This document shows, piece by piece, positions 16,592 through 18,100 of a DNA stretch of 18,100 nucleotides; within the stretch, counting starts at the first letter, position 1; every line of letters begins with the position of its first letter. The DNA comes from an uncultured Eubacteriales bacterium. Its GTDB lineage: Bacteria; Bacillota; Clostridia; TANB77; SIG350. A model generated the notes under the pieces. The model ran no database searches and was not told the origin of the DNA. It saw only the letters and a list, made by a program, of their open reading frames with translations. Made by a program: the position numbers and the translations under genes. The stretch spans positions 1 through 18,100 of the forward strand of contig CAZFOR010000023.1 of the NCBI GenBank assembly GCA_964520895.1. Direction: 5' to 3'.

Positions 16592-16978
16592 ATGTTTTCA
16601 AAAAATATTAGAACCATTTATTTGTACTTAATATGTCTTATAACTTTATTCATGGTAATTGGAGGATTAATTTCTACAATATATAATGTTACAGAATATA
16701 TTTTTCCAAACAATTATTATAGAAGTTATGGTTATGACTATATCGATTCAAAAGAATTCGAAAATGAACCAGTATCTGCCCAGGAATATGAAGAATATAT
16801 TAAAATGCAGGAAATAGATAGACTTAGAGATGAACAAAATAATAAAAGACAAGATTTAAAAAATATAATATATTCTGCTACAATATGTATTGTTGCTCTT
16901 CCAGTATATTTATATAACTGGAGAAAAATTGAAAAAGAAAGAACTGAACTAAAAGAAACTGAAAGTGCAGGTGAATAA
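16592..16978 (+). CDS. Small two-TM membrane protein, paralog of the following gene
   Basis: Promoter and RBS present; hydrophobic N- and C-terminal helices. Confidence 0.75.
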   Translation: MFSKNIRTIYLYLICLITLFMVIGGLISTIYNVTEYIFPNNYYRSYGYDYIDSKEFENEPVSAQEYEEYIKMQEIDRLRDEQNNKRQDLKNIIYSATICIVALPVYLYNWRKIEKERTELKETESAGE

Positions 16979-16979
16979 T

Positions 16980-17348
16980 ATGGCATTAATTATATTATCT
17001 ATCTTCTTATTAATACCTATTATACTTTTAGTTACGATAATATTAATTTCAACTAAAAAATCAACAGAATTATTTGAAAATAAGCTTAGAACTATTTATT
17101 GTTATTTAATATTATTGATATGTATAGTAGCTGTAATAGTATCTGTAATATTATTTGTTAATAACTTAACAGAAGTATTAATTCCAGATATTGAAGAAAC
17201 AAATCCAATATATGAAGGCAACATTGTTAAATCTACAGATAATGATACAAAAATGAACCCATATTATCGTAATTTAATTACATGTGCATTTAGTATATTA
17301 ATATTTGTACCAGTTGGAATATATCATTCAAAGAAAATCAAGAAATAG
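16980..17348 (+). CDS. Small membrane protein, tandem paralog of the preceding gene
   Basis: RBS AGGTG upstream of ATG 16980. Shares the RTIYxYLIxLI...VI...N-x-TE..IP core with the 16592 gene. Confidence 0.75.
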   Translation: MALIILSIFLLIPIILLVTIILISTKKSTELFENKLRTIYCYLILLICIVAVIVSVILFVNNLTEVLIPDIEETNPIYEGNIVKSTDNDTKMNPYYRNLITCAFSILIFVPVGIYHSKKIKK

Positions 17349-17366
17349 ATATTATTAAATATTAAC

Positions 17367-17401
17367 CAAAAACAGAAATAGAAAATCTATTTCTGTTTTT
17401 G
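17367..17401. terminator. Bidirectional terminator between convergent genes, overlapping the enolase stop codon
   Basis: Perfect 16-bp arms CAAAAACAGAAATAGA-aaa-TCTATTTCTGTTTTTG. Confidence 0.8.
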
Positions 17402-18100
17402 TATTATCTCATTATTATATTTAGCACTGTTTCCTAGTTCATCTTCTATTTGAATTAACCTGTTATATTTTGATACCCTATCTGTTCTACAAGGTGCACC
17501 ACTTTTTATCTGTCCTACATTTAAGGCAACTGCTAAATCTGCAATAGTTGTATCTTCTGTCTCACCTGACCTATGTGATATAACACATTTATATCCATTT
17601 TGCCTTGCATATTCAATTACATCTAAACTTTCTGTTAATGTTCCAATTTGATTTAATTTTATTAATATACTATTAGCAGAATTTTGCTTAATTCCTTTTT
17701 TTAATCTTTGTATATTTGTAACAAAAAGGTCATCACCTACTAGTTGTACTCTATTACCTAGTAAACTAGTTAATTTTGTCCAATTATCGAAATCCTCTTC
17801 TGACAAACAATCTTCTAATGAAATAATAGGATACTTATGTGACAACTCACTAAAATATTCTATCATCTCATTTGGAGTTTTTAATATATTACTTTTCCAA
17901 AAATAGTAATATCCCTCTTTTCCTATTTTTTTTGCTTCTTCATACATTTCAGTTGCAGCAATATCTAGTGCAAACATAAAATCTGTACCTAGTATATATC
18001 CTGCCTTTTCAACTGCTTTTGATAAATACTTTAATGCTTGTTCATCATTTTCTAAATTTGGTGCAAAACCTCCCTCATCTCCAACAGAAGTAGTATACCC
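17387..18100 (-). CDS. eno: Enolase, C-terminal part (5' end outside window)
   Basis: The frame is open through the window edge: [53 protein letters not shown]...[40 protein letters not shown]. The ATG at 17977 is internal. Confidence 0.97.
   Translation of the reverse strand, partial: GYTTSVGDEGGFAPNLENDEQALKYLSKAVEKAGYILGTDFMFALDIAATEMYEEAKKIGKEGYYYFWKSNILKTPNEMIEYFSELSHKYPIISLEDCLSEEDFDNWTKLTSLLGNRVQLVGDDLFVTNIQRLKKGIKQNSANSILIKLNQIGTLTESLDVIEYARQNGYKCVISHRSGETEDTTIADLAVALNVGQIKSGAPCRTDRVSKYNRLIQIEDELGNSAKYNNEIIQKQK

Noticed and set aside
16738-16986. Minus-strand 82-aa ORF opposite the small membrane protein
   Set aside because: Antisense to a better supported gene with promoter and RBS; no recognisable family.

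Overview
Low-GC chromosomal window, probably from a spore-forming Clostridia/Bacilli-like Firmicute. Most genes are on the minus strand. They include enolase (partial), a GHKL ATPase, the sigma-F operon spoIIAA-spoIIAB-sigF, a MurL-like PP-loop protein, an AAA/DUF4143-type ATPase, an orphan ABC exporter, a small membrane protein plus valS, a nucleoside 2-deoxyribosyltransferase-like protein, a GNAT acetyltransferase, an 814-aa mTERF-like helical repeat protein, argS and a polysaccharide deacetylase. rpmB and two tandem paralogous small membrane proteins are on the plus strand. The standout signal is translational. By my manual scan, only three CGG codons are in frame in roughly 5,500 codons of credible CDS: in spoIIAA, in the small membrane protein upstream of valS, and in the DUF4143-type ATPase. 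Each sits exactly at a +1 frame break. Skipping the C of CGG (CGG N -> GGN, Gly) restores a full-length, family-like C-terminus in all three. About a dozen other CGG triplets in the coding regions are all out of frame. This suggests CGG is unassigned (no tRNA-Arg-CCG) and acts as a genome-wide +1 frameshift signal. Other observations are a 53-bp near-identical duplicated terminator flanking the ATPase gene, the bacterial mTERF-like repeat protein, and a perfect 10-bp inverted repeat between spoIIAA and rpmB.
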